Shown: positions 12,301-25,531 of the stretch, piece by piece
Layout of the letters: each line of letters opens with the position of its first letter
Numbering within the stretch: position 1 is the stretch's first letter
Assembly (NCBI GenBank): GCA_021613535.1
Contig: CP075492.1
Span: 12,152,001-12,216,000, forward strand
Length of the DNA stretch: 64,000 nt
Direction of reading: 5' to 3'
Source of the DNA: Adineta vaga
Taxonomy: Eukaryota; Animalia; Rotifera
Position numbers and translations under genes: made by a program
The notes under the pieces: model-generated
Seen by the model: the letters and a program-made list of their open reading frames with translations, nothing else
Databases searched by the model: none
Told to the model about the DNA's origin: nothing

Positions 12301-14620
12301 GTATAGTTCTAATCATTTCTTTTCATTTTCTCCAAAAATGTTCTCTTTAGGACCTATCGTATGGTATCAACAATTCGAATATGCCGTCGGTCATTGGCTA
12401 CAAAAAGCTGCTGAACATAAATTAGGTAGTGTCCTTTGTTGTCCCGGTTGTTTCTCATTATTTCGTGGTTCATCTTTAATGGATGATAATGTTATGCGAC
12501 GTTATGCTGATAAATCTACGGAAGCTTCACATTATGTACAATATGATCAAGGTAATAGAGCATGCAGTGCCTTTCATCTATATAAATATTTATTTGTTGT
12601 TTTTGAAAATGTATTTAGGAGAGGATCGTTGGTTAACCACACTTCTTCTTCAACAAGGTTATCGTGTTGAATATTGTGCTGCGTCCGACGCTTTTACTCA
12701 TGCACCAGAAACATTCAAAGAATTTTTTAATCAACGTCGTAGATGGATGCCTTCAACTATGGCAAATATTATGGATTTACTTAAGGATACGAAACATACG
12801 ACACATGTGAATGAAAATATCTCAAAATTATATATGTTCTATCAAGCAGTTCTATTTGTATCGACAATCTTAGGTCCCGGAACAATCTTATTAACTATAG
12901 CTTCCGCATTGCGTACCGTATTTTCAACATTAACAATAGCTGAATCCTATACAATATCTATTTTACCAGCCATTTTCTATATACTTATATGTGTAAAAAC
13001 TAAAGCTAGTACACAAATATCGATTGGTGCTATAATGACAGGTAGAATAATAGATTAATTTTAACATAGAACTATAATTGCAAGTTTATTTCAGCTATCT
13101 ATGCTTTGGTGATGTCCATGGTACTTGTAGCTACAACTGCTCAAATTCTTAAGTCAGGTTTTCTTGATCCAAGTGCTGTATTTTTACCAACTGTAGCTAT
13201 GATATTTATTGTTACTGGTGTTCTTCATCCGAATGAAATGCTCAATTTACTTCATGGTTTTCTCTATTTGGTAACCATTCCTGGTGGCTATCTTCTTCTT
13301 GTAACTTATGCTCTATGTAATTTACATGTGGTTTCATGGGGCACACGAGAAACAGTCGAAGTTGTAAAAACAAAAAAGAAAAAACCTGGTGAAAAAGAAG
13401 TTATTCTACCTGGTAAAACAAAATCAAATATTTGAAATAGATGAATTCAGACTTTTCTTCAATGTAGATCCAAAAAAACGTCGAACAACTGATGTTTTGA
13501 ATAATATGCTTTGGGGTAATAGTAATGATGGACATCGTGGTTTTATTCATCAGATGGGTGATGCTATTGAACAAGTTTTTAGACCAACGGCAAAACGACA
13601 AGAAATGCTTTTACAACAGATAATCGACAAACTTGATCGAGAAAGTGGCAGTCAAGAATTGAGAAAATTCGACGGTACGTATAAAGATTCTAGCCATACT
13701 AAATAAGAATCAAATGCTATTGAAAACTTTTTGTCGAATCGTTTTTAGATGACAATGATGGAAATAGTAGGGATTTACTGATTGTACCAGGTGAAAATGA
13801 TCTACATGATAATAGTTCTTCCAATACAACATCAACAACATCTATATGTAATAAATCTCGAAATAATATGGTTAATCCTTATTGGTCTGAATTGCCATGG
13901 CTTGGTTCAGAATCTATTATTGGTTATCTTCATACGGATGAAATAACATTTTGGCAACAAATTCTAGCCAAATATTTAGCACCACTTGATAAAGATGCTG
14001 AAGAAGAACGACGTATTTCATCTGATTTAATTAGTTTACGAAATAATGCTGGTTTTGCTTTCTTTATGGTTAATGCTATTTGGATTATTTTACAATTTCA
14101 ATGTGAATATGTTTCAACAAAATTTACCGAACTTATGATTGATATTGGTCGACCATTTGGACAACAAGGAACTAAAGTACAATTATTAGGTTTATTATTT
14201 ATGTTATTTTTTGCATCATGTATGATCATTCAATTCATTACTATGCTTTTACATCGTTGGGGAACATTCATAGAAATTTTAGCAAGTACAAAATTATTTG
14301 AAAAACATCGAAAATATAAATTAAAACCAGGTTCTGATATTGCTGGTATGACAAGTCAAGAAGTCGCTGAAGTTCTAAGAGAATTAGATATTCAATTAGT
14401 TGTACCACCAGTAGGAACAGCACCTAAACAAAGTGTGACATTTCAAATGGAACCTATTATTAAAGGAGGAACTGAAGTTCATAGTCCTGATTATGATGAA
14501 AACGATGATGATGATGAAATCGATGATTTTGAAGATGTATATATTGAACCACCGATTGATTATTTTGATCATCCAGTTGTTCAAGAAGCTGCTGATGAAA
14601 GTCGTCTTCGTTTATTGTAA
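9310..14620 (+). CDS. chs: Chitin synthase (GT2), multi-exon, with N-terminal polyproline
   Basis: Catalytic motifs CATMWHE, KKRWSQ, LDGDVDF, QQFEYAVGHW, QYDQGEDRWL, QRRRW and SWGTRE; multiple TM segments. Confidence 0.95.
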
Positions 14621-16288
14621 TTGATCAAACTAGGCATTCATGCTCGTCTTTTATTCGAATAATTTTTATATGATTTTATTATTTTTTACGTTGACCGTTT
14701 TAAAAAAAAATAAAGAGATATAGAGATTATTGTTTCTGCTTCATATAAAAGGATGATTACTTTAACTTAAACTCCCTTTTGGAGGCTAGTACCAATTACC
14801 TTGTAAAACTAAAGAATTGATCTTCCAGACTGAAGGATATTGGTAGAAGACGGAGAAGGTTGTTTGGTGTGCTTCGGTAACTTTCGATGAAATTTTTTCT
14901 TGCTGTCAATTATTAGACAATAAATCGCATGAAATGGTTTTGATTCGATCATGATAACCTCGAAACTGAAGGCAGACGCATTTGTACAAATGCGATTCAT
15001 TATCTGATGAATAAACGCAATAATAAATATTGATACCGATTTATTTTAATATATGTTATTACTAAATTATCAGTGCGTTTATATAAATGATAATATGTAT
15101 CATATAGATGATCTGTCGATCCATCATATATTTCTTTCGAACAATATACAAACACCTTTAATTTGCAAATAACTTCCCATTTTCTCTTCTTCTCAGAATA
15201 TAAAAGGAAAACTTATTATAGATGACTAATTTTTCTATTCTCATTAATCACTTGGCATGTGTACGTCATAGGAAACACGAAACAATGAGTTAGTGAATGA
15301 TTTCATTCTTCTTCTTTTTGATCCTCTATTGACATACCTTGAGCAATCCATATTCAGTATATTTCAAAGGATATTAATGTTTACAATATTCAACCGATTA
15401 AAATCTCTCCTTAAAATATCATACATTTCGATAGTCAAATCTTGTATTGATGAAAAAACAATCATTCTATTTCAGATTCAGAGAAAAATTTCATTATGAG
15501 ATAATTCTATACAATTGGAAGATAGTATTCAATTGTTTTAATGTCATAGGTATATAGTTATATGTAGTCTGGAATATGTCTATTGACGTGATATGTTCTA
15601 TTTTTATATTGATACTTTTTGAAATCTTAGAAAATAAGGTCGAATATCTACCATGACAATTACAAAATACATCCTTGCCAAATGGTTCCAATGAATAAGA
15701 CATCGTATCTAATTTGATTGCACTCATTTGCCAATTTTGATTTCACAGTTACAGACAATTTTAAATCAACCATCACTAAACATATCGTAATTATGACTTT
15801 TCTAGATCTAAGTAACTGTTCGTATTACATCTATCATATATTCAAGTTGGAAACATTCTCAATTTTTTTAATATTATTAATCGAATAATCCCTGAAATGT
15901 TAATGATAACAATCACAATATTGTGTTGTTTTCGTTTTCATAGATATTCATAGCCTTGTCTGGATATTTTTTCATCCTTCATCGTTCCTTGTTCATTGCC
16001 ATTAAATACGATTTTATCATTGTAGAGAATTATCGTTGTTCTTGGGTTTTTTGTTCGATATTATACAATAATCTTATCGTCAGACTATTGATTGGTTTAA
16101 GTATGAATGTCTAACCGCGAAATATTGTGTTCGTCTCTTTTTTTTTATCTACATTGTCTCTTTCTCCTACCCTGTAATTTCGTTGATGTTCATTGAAGAA
16201 ACCCTAAAAGAGAAAAAAAGAAGTATAGGATATGACCGGTCATGCATGACTACAACACATATAGATAGACCAAAAAGAAAGAAAAGGA

Positions 16289-16312
16289 GAAGAAGAAGAA
16301 GAAGAAGAAGAA
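16289..16312. repeat. (GAA)8 microsatellite
   Basis: Read directly from the sequence. Confidence 0.85.
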
Positions 16313-17632
16313 GTTACTCTTGTGGTTTAGCCAACTCGTATCAAACATAGAGATGAGCCGTATACACATATCACCGAAAGATATGTCTTTAACTTTTTCA
16401 TAGTCTATACTTTACACACACTTAGAATCATATATTCTTCGAAAATATATTTCATAGCTTTTTTTTGCGTTCATTCATAAATACATGTAGATACTTATAC
16501 TTATTTTTTTTTTATAGTTCTTAATTGGATAGATTTAATCATAATATGCAATCAACAGGTAGAATGGTATTTATATCGTCCTGTAGATGAAAATAAAGGT
16601 AGTAATCACTAAATTAGTAGATCATTAATGTATACATTCTGTTGAATGTTATCATGTATAGTTAGTCATAAGAATAATTATCTGGTTTTGTTGATATTGA
16701 ATGGTTTTGTGTTCAAGGGTATGTATTCTTCTTTAAAAAAAGAAAGACCTTGTTATGCATCAATACAAATATTTAAAAAAACGTATCTACGATTCATAAC
16801 GGATATTAGTGAGTTGATATGAGGTGAACATTCGATAGTATTATAGAAGCAGACAAATCTTATTATTTTAAATGAAAGTTCAATTATTTTTATCATTTTT
16901 GTTAACAATATTCACAAACGAGAGACGTTAATCTGTCTGTACTACTTTATGCATCTTTGGGTGTTTTTTTCTCTCAGTCTCTCTCACATTATCACTCTTT
17001 CTCTCTCTCTCTCTCTTTCTTGTTCCCTCCCTCCGGTTTCTCTCTCCATTAGCTCTCGCTCTTTTATATTCACCATATTAAAAGCGATACGCTTGAGATG
17101 AAGCACAAGATATGGGTAGTAGTCGTCTCTGCTTTTTGCTTTACACACTTCTTTCTTTTCTTTTTCGTCTTCTTACCATCCATTCAATATAGTGCAAATG
17201 AGAATGAATACATTGAAGCATCTATTCAGTACTATTGATCATATTCATTGTTGTCTTTGTTTGTAGGTGATAATGATAATCATATTTTAGTCGCAAAGAT
17301 AACAGTTGTTCTTTGGATGCGATAAAGTATGTGTACGAGAAGGTAAGTTAATAGCCACACACGAATGCACTCAATGATTTTTTTTGTCCGTTTTTATGCA
17401 ATTTATATTACCATCGACCACAATTGTAAAACCGCAAAATTGTGATTTTGAACATTAACCTCGAATGTATGATAATTGAATGATAAAAAAAAAAGTTCGA
17501 TATGATATGAACATTGACAAAAAAAAACTCGAAGAACACTTTTTGTAATGAACTTGTTTTTTTTCTAGATCAGTTTTTTTTGGGCCGTTGCTACACCTTT
17601 TGACGTGATTTCGCACCTCAATATTCACAAAA

Positions 17633-18328
17633 ATGATTGATCCACGTTTCGCCACTGCAGGCGCTATTCCAATGGCACCAGGATATGGTGCTCAGCCAGT
17701 ACCCACTCAATATCATCATCATCGTCATCATCGTCATCATAAACATAAAGCTCGCAATGATGTTTCACCAATAAGCCTTGATGAATCAATACATAAAGTA
17801 GAGCATGGTCATCGTCATCATTTTCAACAAAGTAAATAAACCAATTAAGAACTAAATCCACTAGAACAATGAGTTCGCTTCTAGATGATGGTGCCCCACT
17901 AGGTGGAGGATATGGAGTTCCATATGGTGCTGCTGGATATCTTCAGCAACAACAACAACAGCAACCACCACAACAACAGTTTGGTGGTCATAATTATGGT
18001 TACGCAAATCAATATCAAACCTCTGGTTACGGTCAAGTTCCATATGGTATTCCTCCTTCTGGACAGACAGTAAAGCGTCGTCGACGCCATCATCGCCATC
18101 ATCGCCATCATACAGCCGATGAAGTCAATCCAGAATCTACTGGAGAACATGAGCAAGCAGTACCTGAGTAAGTTTATATATCACATAGATCTATATCTTA
18201 TTAGCAATATATTTATTATAGACAGTTAATTGGTCAACGTTCATCAAGCGTTCTAGGTGATGAAGATCAACCAATACGTTCGCCAGCACCTACTAATGAT
18301 GAAAAGGCTAGTGAAGGACAACTTGTCC

Positions 18329-18359
<31 letters not shown>

Positions 18360-20715
18360 CAACCACCATCATCATCATCAACAGCAGCAGCAGCAGCAAT
18401 ATAGCAATGAGGAACAAGCTGGCTATGGTTACACACATCAATCGCATCACGGGCATAGTGGCGGCACAGTTGGTACAGATGGCTATGGTCATATTAACGA
18501 AGATTTGATCTTTATCGAACGTGGTGATCATAGTCCGCATCGACAAGAACCACCGGCTGGTTATGAATATAAGGGCAAAATCGAAGTTCAAGGCATAAAT
18601 AAAGAGTTTCAGTCTGCATCACGTGGTGCTGGTTTGAATATACCACCACCACAAATGCCAGTGCATCAACCTGTTCTACCACCACCGCCAAGTATGGGCC
18701 CATGTCCACCTGGTTGGCAACAGATGATTCTATCACCTGCTCCTGGAGGTCCTTGTCCATCCGGAGGATTACCATATACTGGACAACTGATTGGACCAGC
18801 TAGTGCAACTAGTGCATTGGAACTTATGGATCTAATAATCCCTATTCATCTCAATGTCAAATTGTTGCAGATTATATTTTTGGTCAGAATTCAGCAGCTA
18901 ACACAAGTGGATATCAACAAACAAGTGCTGTTGGTTGTGTAGAACAATAGTAAGTTTATATTGAATTTAGAATGATGAGTAAATTAATGTTTATTTATAT
19001 TTATCTAGTCAAAATCAACAAGCACTAGAACATTCAACTGCTCGTCCAACAATTATTGAAGTTTGGCAAAAACGTGCGAAGGTATTTATATTTAATCTTC
19101 GAAAAAAAAGTCATGAACAACTTCATTTCATTCTAATTTTCTTCTATTTTTCAGGGTGAAACACAAGAACGATCACGTTCCAGATCTCATCATCGCTCAC
19201 GAACTCCAGCTGAAGGTCCTGGATTTGATTTTGATCGATTTCGTGATGAAATTCTTGCTGCTATCGAGTAATCTATTCTTTTTTCGATCGTAGTTATCGC
19301 ATTTTTTCAAATAAAAATCTATAGACGTATGGTACCACGTGGCGGAGGAGCCCCTGATATTCAATGGGTTGGACGTGATGGTGGTACACAAACTCAGATT
19401 CATCCAGGTGAATCTAAAGTGGAAGAAAAACGACCATCAGGATCAGGAGAAGTACGAGTTATTGTACAACCAATTCAACCTGTCTTCTACATGCCACGTC
19501 AAAGTATGATGATGATTTAATGAATATACTGTTTTCGATAATTATAACCTTGTATCTTCTTCATTGTAGCTGGTGGAACACCAACACCTGGTACAGGTCC
19601 TGCACCTTAACGAGTGGAGCACCTAATGTTGTTTATGTTCCACGTAATGTTTACGTACCAGTTATTAAACCTGTTTTTGTTCCACGTGAACGTAAGTAAT
19701 CAAAACTTGTATCTACATACGTCTGAAAGATAATCATCAATATGTTGTTTTTTTTTCACTATTTCTACGTACAGGTGTTATTGTACGCCCTCAAGTTATA
19801 CACGTTGCACGTCCTGTTCTCGTTGATCGACCTGTACCCGTTACTCAACGACCTATTATAATTGATCGTGAAAAACCTATTCCTGTACCAGTTCGTGAAG
19901 GTCAAGCTGCAGTACAAAGCGGTGGTTCAAAAGTTGTTCGAGAAGAATATGTTTATCGAGATAACATACCTGTTGCTTATGGAGGTCGTTGTGCTGAATT
20001 TGCTGGTGGTGTTAATTATGGTTACATGCCTACACAACAAGAACATCAATATGCTACTAGTTCAACACATGAAGTATCAAATATTTATCAGACACAAGGA
20101 GCAGGTGTCAATGTAAATGTTCCCAATGAATATCAACATAGTCATTCAAGTTCTCACGTTGAAGTCCAACCGGGTTGTGAAGGAAGTTTCCATGGTTCAT
20201 ATTCGAATCTAGCTGGTCAACAAGCCCAACAATATGCATCAAGTTCGACACATGAAGCCGCAGGTATTTATCGAATATAATTATTACAAGTTTGGATTTG
20301 AAATTTTCATTTAGGTGGTGCTGGTAGTAGTTTCCACGGTTCATATTCAAATTTATCTGGAGTCAATAATGCATCTGCCGTCAATGTTGGTCATCTTAAT
20401 CAAGATGTTCTTCGACAAACTTTTGAACAATCTGCTCAAATTGCAGGTGTTCCTCCTCATTGTCCAACACAAATTGAAGTCCTCGATACAGCTGTTAATC
20501 CATTTTGGCAAAAAACAGATCAACCAACTTTAATGCGTCGTTATGGACGGCCAGCTTTTGAAATTGTTCATAAAAGTGAAGAAGTTGAACAACAAATGTA
20601 TAGTGAACTTCGTCAACGAGAGAGTAGTGCTAGTGTTTTAAGATCGGCTTCAGCCGCTAGTTATGGATCGGGTTCTGGTATAGGACTTCATGGTAATGGT
20701 GTCGCTCAATATTAA
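17633..20715 (+). CDS. Low-complexity His/Gln/Gly/Pro-rich protein with a Val/Pro-rich (articulin/epiplasmin-like) block; two apparent 1-nt frameshifts
   Basis: Exons join through canonical short introns (e.g. 17832-17884, 18168-18221, 18950-19008). The translation contains VVYVPRNVYVPVIKPVFVPRERVIVRPQVIHVARPVLVDRPVPVTQRPIIIDREKPIPVPVR. The frame needs one extra base at about 18817 and at about 19607. Confidence 0.75.
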
Positions 20716-22347
20716 AAATCGTTCTAGTTTGTTCTTGTTATTGTCCTAAGAAACATTTTAACGTATGTATTAAAAATTGTATTGAAAAAGACATCATATA
20801 TATATACAACGACTATTTACAAATTGTCATCATTCTTTGATTTTTTTTCTTTGAATTTCATTTTTTCTCATTGGTCGCATACAACAAAATTAGAAGAATC
20901 GATTTCTTCATTGTCATCGTTTTTTTATGTGTGTTTATTGTACTGTTTATTGTTCTTTTTAAAAAAAATTCGTTTTTTCTTCTTCCTAGAATAATATCGT
21001 TTATGCTATTTCTTTTTTTTTCTCTTTTTTCAAAATAAAAAAAAGAAAAAGAAACCTTCATTGAGATATTTCATATTAATTATAATGCAATTCATCTGAA
21101 ATAAGTCTTATCGGTTGATATTAGATTACATATCAATAAATATACATGTTGATTTGTCAATAGTGACCATTTCCATTGCAAAGAAAACGTCATGAGTAGG
21201 AAGAAAGTCTAGCTGTTCGATATCCTGTGTCGTTTCTTTTTTTCTTCTTCTATGATTGAATCAAACTTGATATGTGAAGTTGCATTAGCCTACGAGCATA
21301 CAACATCGATGATACCATTGTGTATGAGTGTGGAGAACAATGAAGAGAAAACTGATTCCACTTTTTAATGAAAAGAACAAACTCCTGCGGTTAATCGATT
21401 TATTTATGATTACGAAAAAGAAAATGATTGCAGATTTTACAATGACAAAAGAAACACGTAAGTTATCGAAGAAAAAAAGGAAAAAAGATTCTATATTACG
21501 TATCTGTTCGTTAAGTCTTATCAGTCAAGTTGACATACAGTTTTCAAGAGATGAAGAATGGTTGCTCCTTCTCTTCTTTTTTTTTCATTTGACTCAAATC
21601 ATCATCAACAAATAATCGTGTTCCTTTAGTCTCTGTTATCTAAAGAATAAAAGATGCAGGCAAAATGTCTGTTTCATAGATACGATTAATTGATCAGTTA
21701 TTGAAGAATAACGGAGCATCACGTACATACAGATTTGAGATATACATACACATATAACCACTCATACTCCCACGTGAATGGCTCAGAAAGATTCTTAACA
21801 ACATAGACGATTGACGTGCATAAGATCGAATATCGAGATAAAAGTCATTTTAAACAAGAATATGTAAGTTTGTTTTTATTTGATATGGATAAATTAGTGA
21901 AAGAAATCTTGTTCGAGTCATCTAAAATAGTAGTCGTTGTCATCAACAGAACGACCTAAAAATGGTAATAATCATAATAGTAAATCTGTTCTTTTTCTTT
22001 TCACTGATAAAAAAAAGAAAGATATATATATATATATATACATGTTATAGATACATATCCGTATATCAAACTGAGATTTCTTTTTATTATATAGAAGTAC
22101 TTTATTCCTTGGTTTTTTTACGTAAGTAGTATGCTTTTTGATTCGTTGTCTAGTTGAAAAGGTTAAACTTGTCAGAGAGATTTTATATGTTTATCTTTCG
22201 TAGAATGTTTACGTTTGGAGAAATAAATATACGTATAGATGAATTTGCGTAGTTAACTGACAAAGTCATTTTCTAACTTAGGCGATATCATCGATCATGA
22301 GACAAATCAATGATAATCCTGGTTAGTTCCTGTAGAATAAATCTTTA

Positions 22348-24245
22348 ATGGCGAATTCAAACAATCAAGAACATGTACCTATGACTGTTACGAAACATTA
22401 TGGTCAATCGGAAATAAGTCATAGACTTGATGCAACAAATGAAATAGGAAAGAAAAATATTCAAATAATTAAACAAGGTCAACGGGCTAATTGGAGTAAT
22501 CGTATTGTTTATCTTCTATCGATTATTGGTTTTGTTGTTGATCTTGGTAACTATAACTTATCTTAATAAAATCTGAAATATTTCGAAATGTTCTTTCTAG
22601 GAAATGTTTGGCGTTTTCCTACAACATGTTATCGAAATGGTGGTGGTGCTTTTCTTCTTCCTTATTTTACCTTTTTATTTCTTGTTGGTCTTCCTTGTAA
22701 GTTTATATTCATTTTCAAATGTCTACATTCGTCGTTTCTTTCATAAAAATAGGTATGTATATGGAATTAGCTATCGGTCAATATCATCGTCTTGGTTACA
22801 TAACTATATGGGATAAAATATTTCCTCCATTGAAAGGTATTGGTTATTCAATGTTAATTATCAATTTATATGTTTTATCATATTATAATACAATTATTGC
22901 TTGGTCAGTTCATTATTGTTTAGCATCATTTCGTGCGATTCTTCCATGGACATTTTGTCATAATGAATGGAATACTCATTTATGCTATTCTTTACATGAT
23001 AAACGATCGTTGAATGTTACTCATAATGCATCCTATTCATCAACAGATGAATATTTTGAACGACGTATGTTAAAATCGCATTTATCATCAGGTATTGACA
23101 ACTTAGGTTCATTACAATGGGAATTAGTTGGTTGTTCAATCATTGTTTTTCTTCTTATTTATCTTTCAATATTTAAAGGAGTTAAAACAGCAGGAAAAGC
23201 AATTTGGTTTACAGCCTTAGTTCCTTATGCTGTTTTAATTATTTTATTATTACGTTCATTAACATTAGATGGTATCTTCGAAGGTTTAAAATATTATGTT
23301 GCACCATCATTTGAACGTTTAGGTGAATATTCTGTATGGCAAGCAGCTGCTGTTCAAATCTTTTTCAGTTTAGGACCTGGTTTTGGTGTTTTACTTAGTT
23401 ATGCTAGTTTTACTGATACACATGATAATGTCTCTGGTACAGCGTTGATTGCTAGTTTAGTTAATTGTTCCACAAGTTTATTATATGGAACAGTTGTTTT
23501 TGCTGGTCTTGGTTATCTATCACATCGTTTACATAGTGATGTACGACAATTTACTGAAAGTAATATGGGTCTTGTATTTGTTGTTTATCCCGAAATTTTA
23601 ACATCAATACGTGGTGCACCATTTTTTTCGATTCTTTTCTTTATTATGTTATTAACATTGGGACTTGATAGTGTTTTTGCTGGTGCAGAAAGTATCTATA
23701 CAGCCATATCAGATGAATTTCCAATCTTAGCTCGTCGTCCTCGTATATCACGTGCTTGTGTTGTTTTAGTCCCGTTTTTAATATCAATTCCAACATTAAC
23801 AAATGGAGGAAAATATGTTATTCATTTTATGGATTTTTTTGGTACATCACCATCGATTATGTTCATTGTTCTTTGTGAACTTATTGCAACTGTATGGATA
23901 TATGGCATGGATAAATTTAGTAGTAATGTGGAAACGATGACTGGACATAAGCCAAGTATTTATTGGCGTATTACTTGTCGTTATATTGCACCATTAATTC
24001 TATTTATACTCTACGTTTGTTCATTTATTCAATTTGATAGTCAAGAATTTGTGTCATTTGGTGGAAAAAATACAGCATTGAAAGTTAGCATTGCCGGATG
24101 GTCATTGAGTACAATATCGACATTACCAATTCCAATGTATGCATGTTGGTGGTATTTATTTCGACGTCAAACATCAACAACAACAACAACAACGATTGTT
24201 ATTGCAGAACCAATCCCAAATAATGAACAGGAACCGTTTATATAA
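22348..24245 (+). CDS. SLC6 sodium:neurotransmitter symporter, monoamine-transporter type
   Basis: TM1 [34 protein letters not shown]2 cysteines, [18 protein letters not shown]; two introns near the 5' end. Confidence 0.93.
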
Positions 24246-25531
24246 AATGAACAGTAGTAGTGTTTTTTTTTGTATTTTATTTCTTTTTCTTTTTTCGAGT
24301 GTCGTAATCTCATAGAAATAAAAAAAATCAGAGACAATATTCGTAGTGTTCGAATTTTTTAAGTAAATGATTAAAAAAGCTTGTGTATCAAAAATATTGT
24401 TTTAACTCTTTATACGCCATAGAAGAAGTGGTCAGTTATTGTAGAAAATGACATTGTTCAATGTCATTGTATCATCTGAATAACTGATTTCTACTGGTAT
24501 TTGGCCAAGATACTTTTTCGTTCTGGTTCGATTTAATAGAATATAATTCAAATTTGGTGATATTGTTTGGACTTTAAAATAAGATTTACATGGAAGACCA
24601 AAGTTAAAACGAATTGAAAAACTATATGAAACCTTTCTAACTCTTATTCTTCAACTCTATATTATTCGATAGATCATTATACAGACATGCAGTTCATAGA
24701 ATTATCATAATGCCTTTCAATATAATACTCTTTGAAAGTTCAAAACGTTTTCAATATAATATCAAAAAATATGTATTGTCGTACTAGTCTTCTGTGGATA
24801 AGAGGAATCTGACAATTATTTAACCAGAAATATTCCTTAAATGTGTATTGTAAATGATTCTGACATTTTCAAGACGAAATAAATAGTAAAAGATCATAAT
24901 GCGCGTAGTAATAATAAAAATAAATGTAATTATAGAATGTATAATTAAGAACAGATTCAATTTAAGAATAATTCCATCGTCGGTCGCTATCTATGCAATA
25001 CGTGGCGCTTTTTATAGCTACAAAGAAAAAGAAAAAATGTAAGGTAAGAATACTCTGATAGCGATCGTAGGAGTAATTATCAATAGAAGAAAATACTATA
25101 GCCATATGTGCGATGGATGATTATGATTCACTACATTATCATTCAATTCAAAACATCTGGATTAAAATGTTACACATATATATAACAGATCCCAAAATAT
25201 ATGCATCAAAATCCAAACTATAGATTAAAAGTACGGGAAAGGTATGTATTCGAATACTGTTCTTCCATTTGGAAAAGCTCCAAAATGAATGATCATTTGT
25301 TTATTTCTATACACAAAAAAAATATTATTAATACATCGATGATATGTATCAAAAGTGTTAAGGAGAAAACGATGACAGATCTATTTGCATCAATAACAAT
25401 GATAGTGTTTCAGAATGCAAAACATGCAACTATTGCTTGAGTATAAAAAAATATTTTCGTCGAAACGTTGTGCTAAGCACCGGTTAGTTTATATTACTTG
25501 ATTTTGTATATTTACATATAAAGAAAGTAAT

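Noticed and set aside
16500-16730. Splice-like signals suggesting a small gene
   Set aside because: I could not build a convincing ORF; these may be non-coding 5' exons.
17664-18775. Several overlapping ORFs on both strands
   Set aside because: They are by-products of CAT/CAA codon repeats in the His/Gln-rich gene.
5236-19608. U-insertion editing or programmed frameshifting at CCTT sites
   Set aside because: The other indels involve A, G and C, and no slippery heptamer is present, so assembly error is the simpler explanation.
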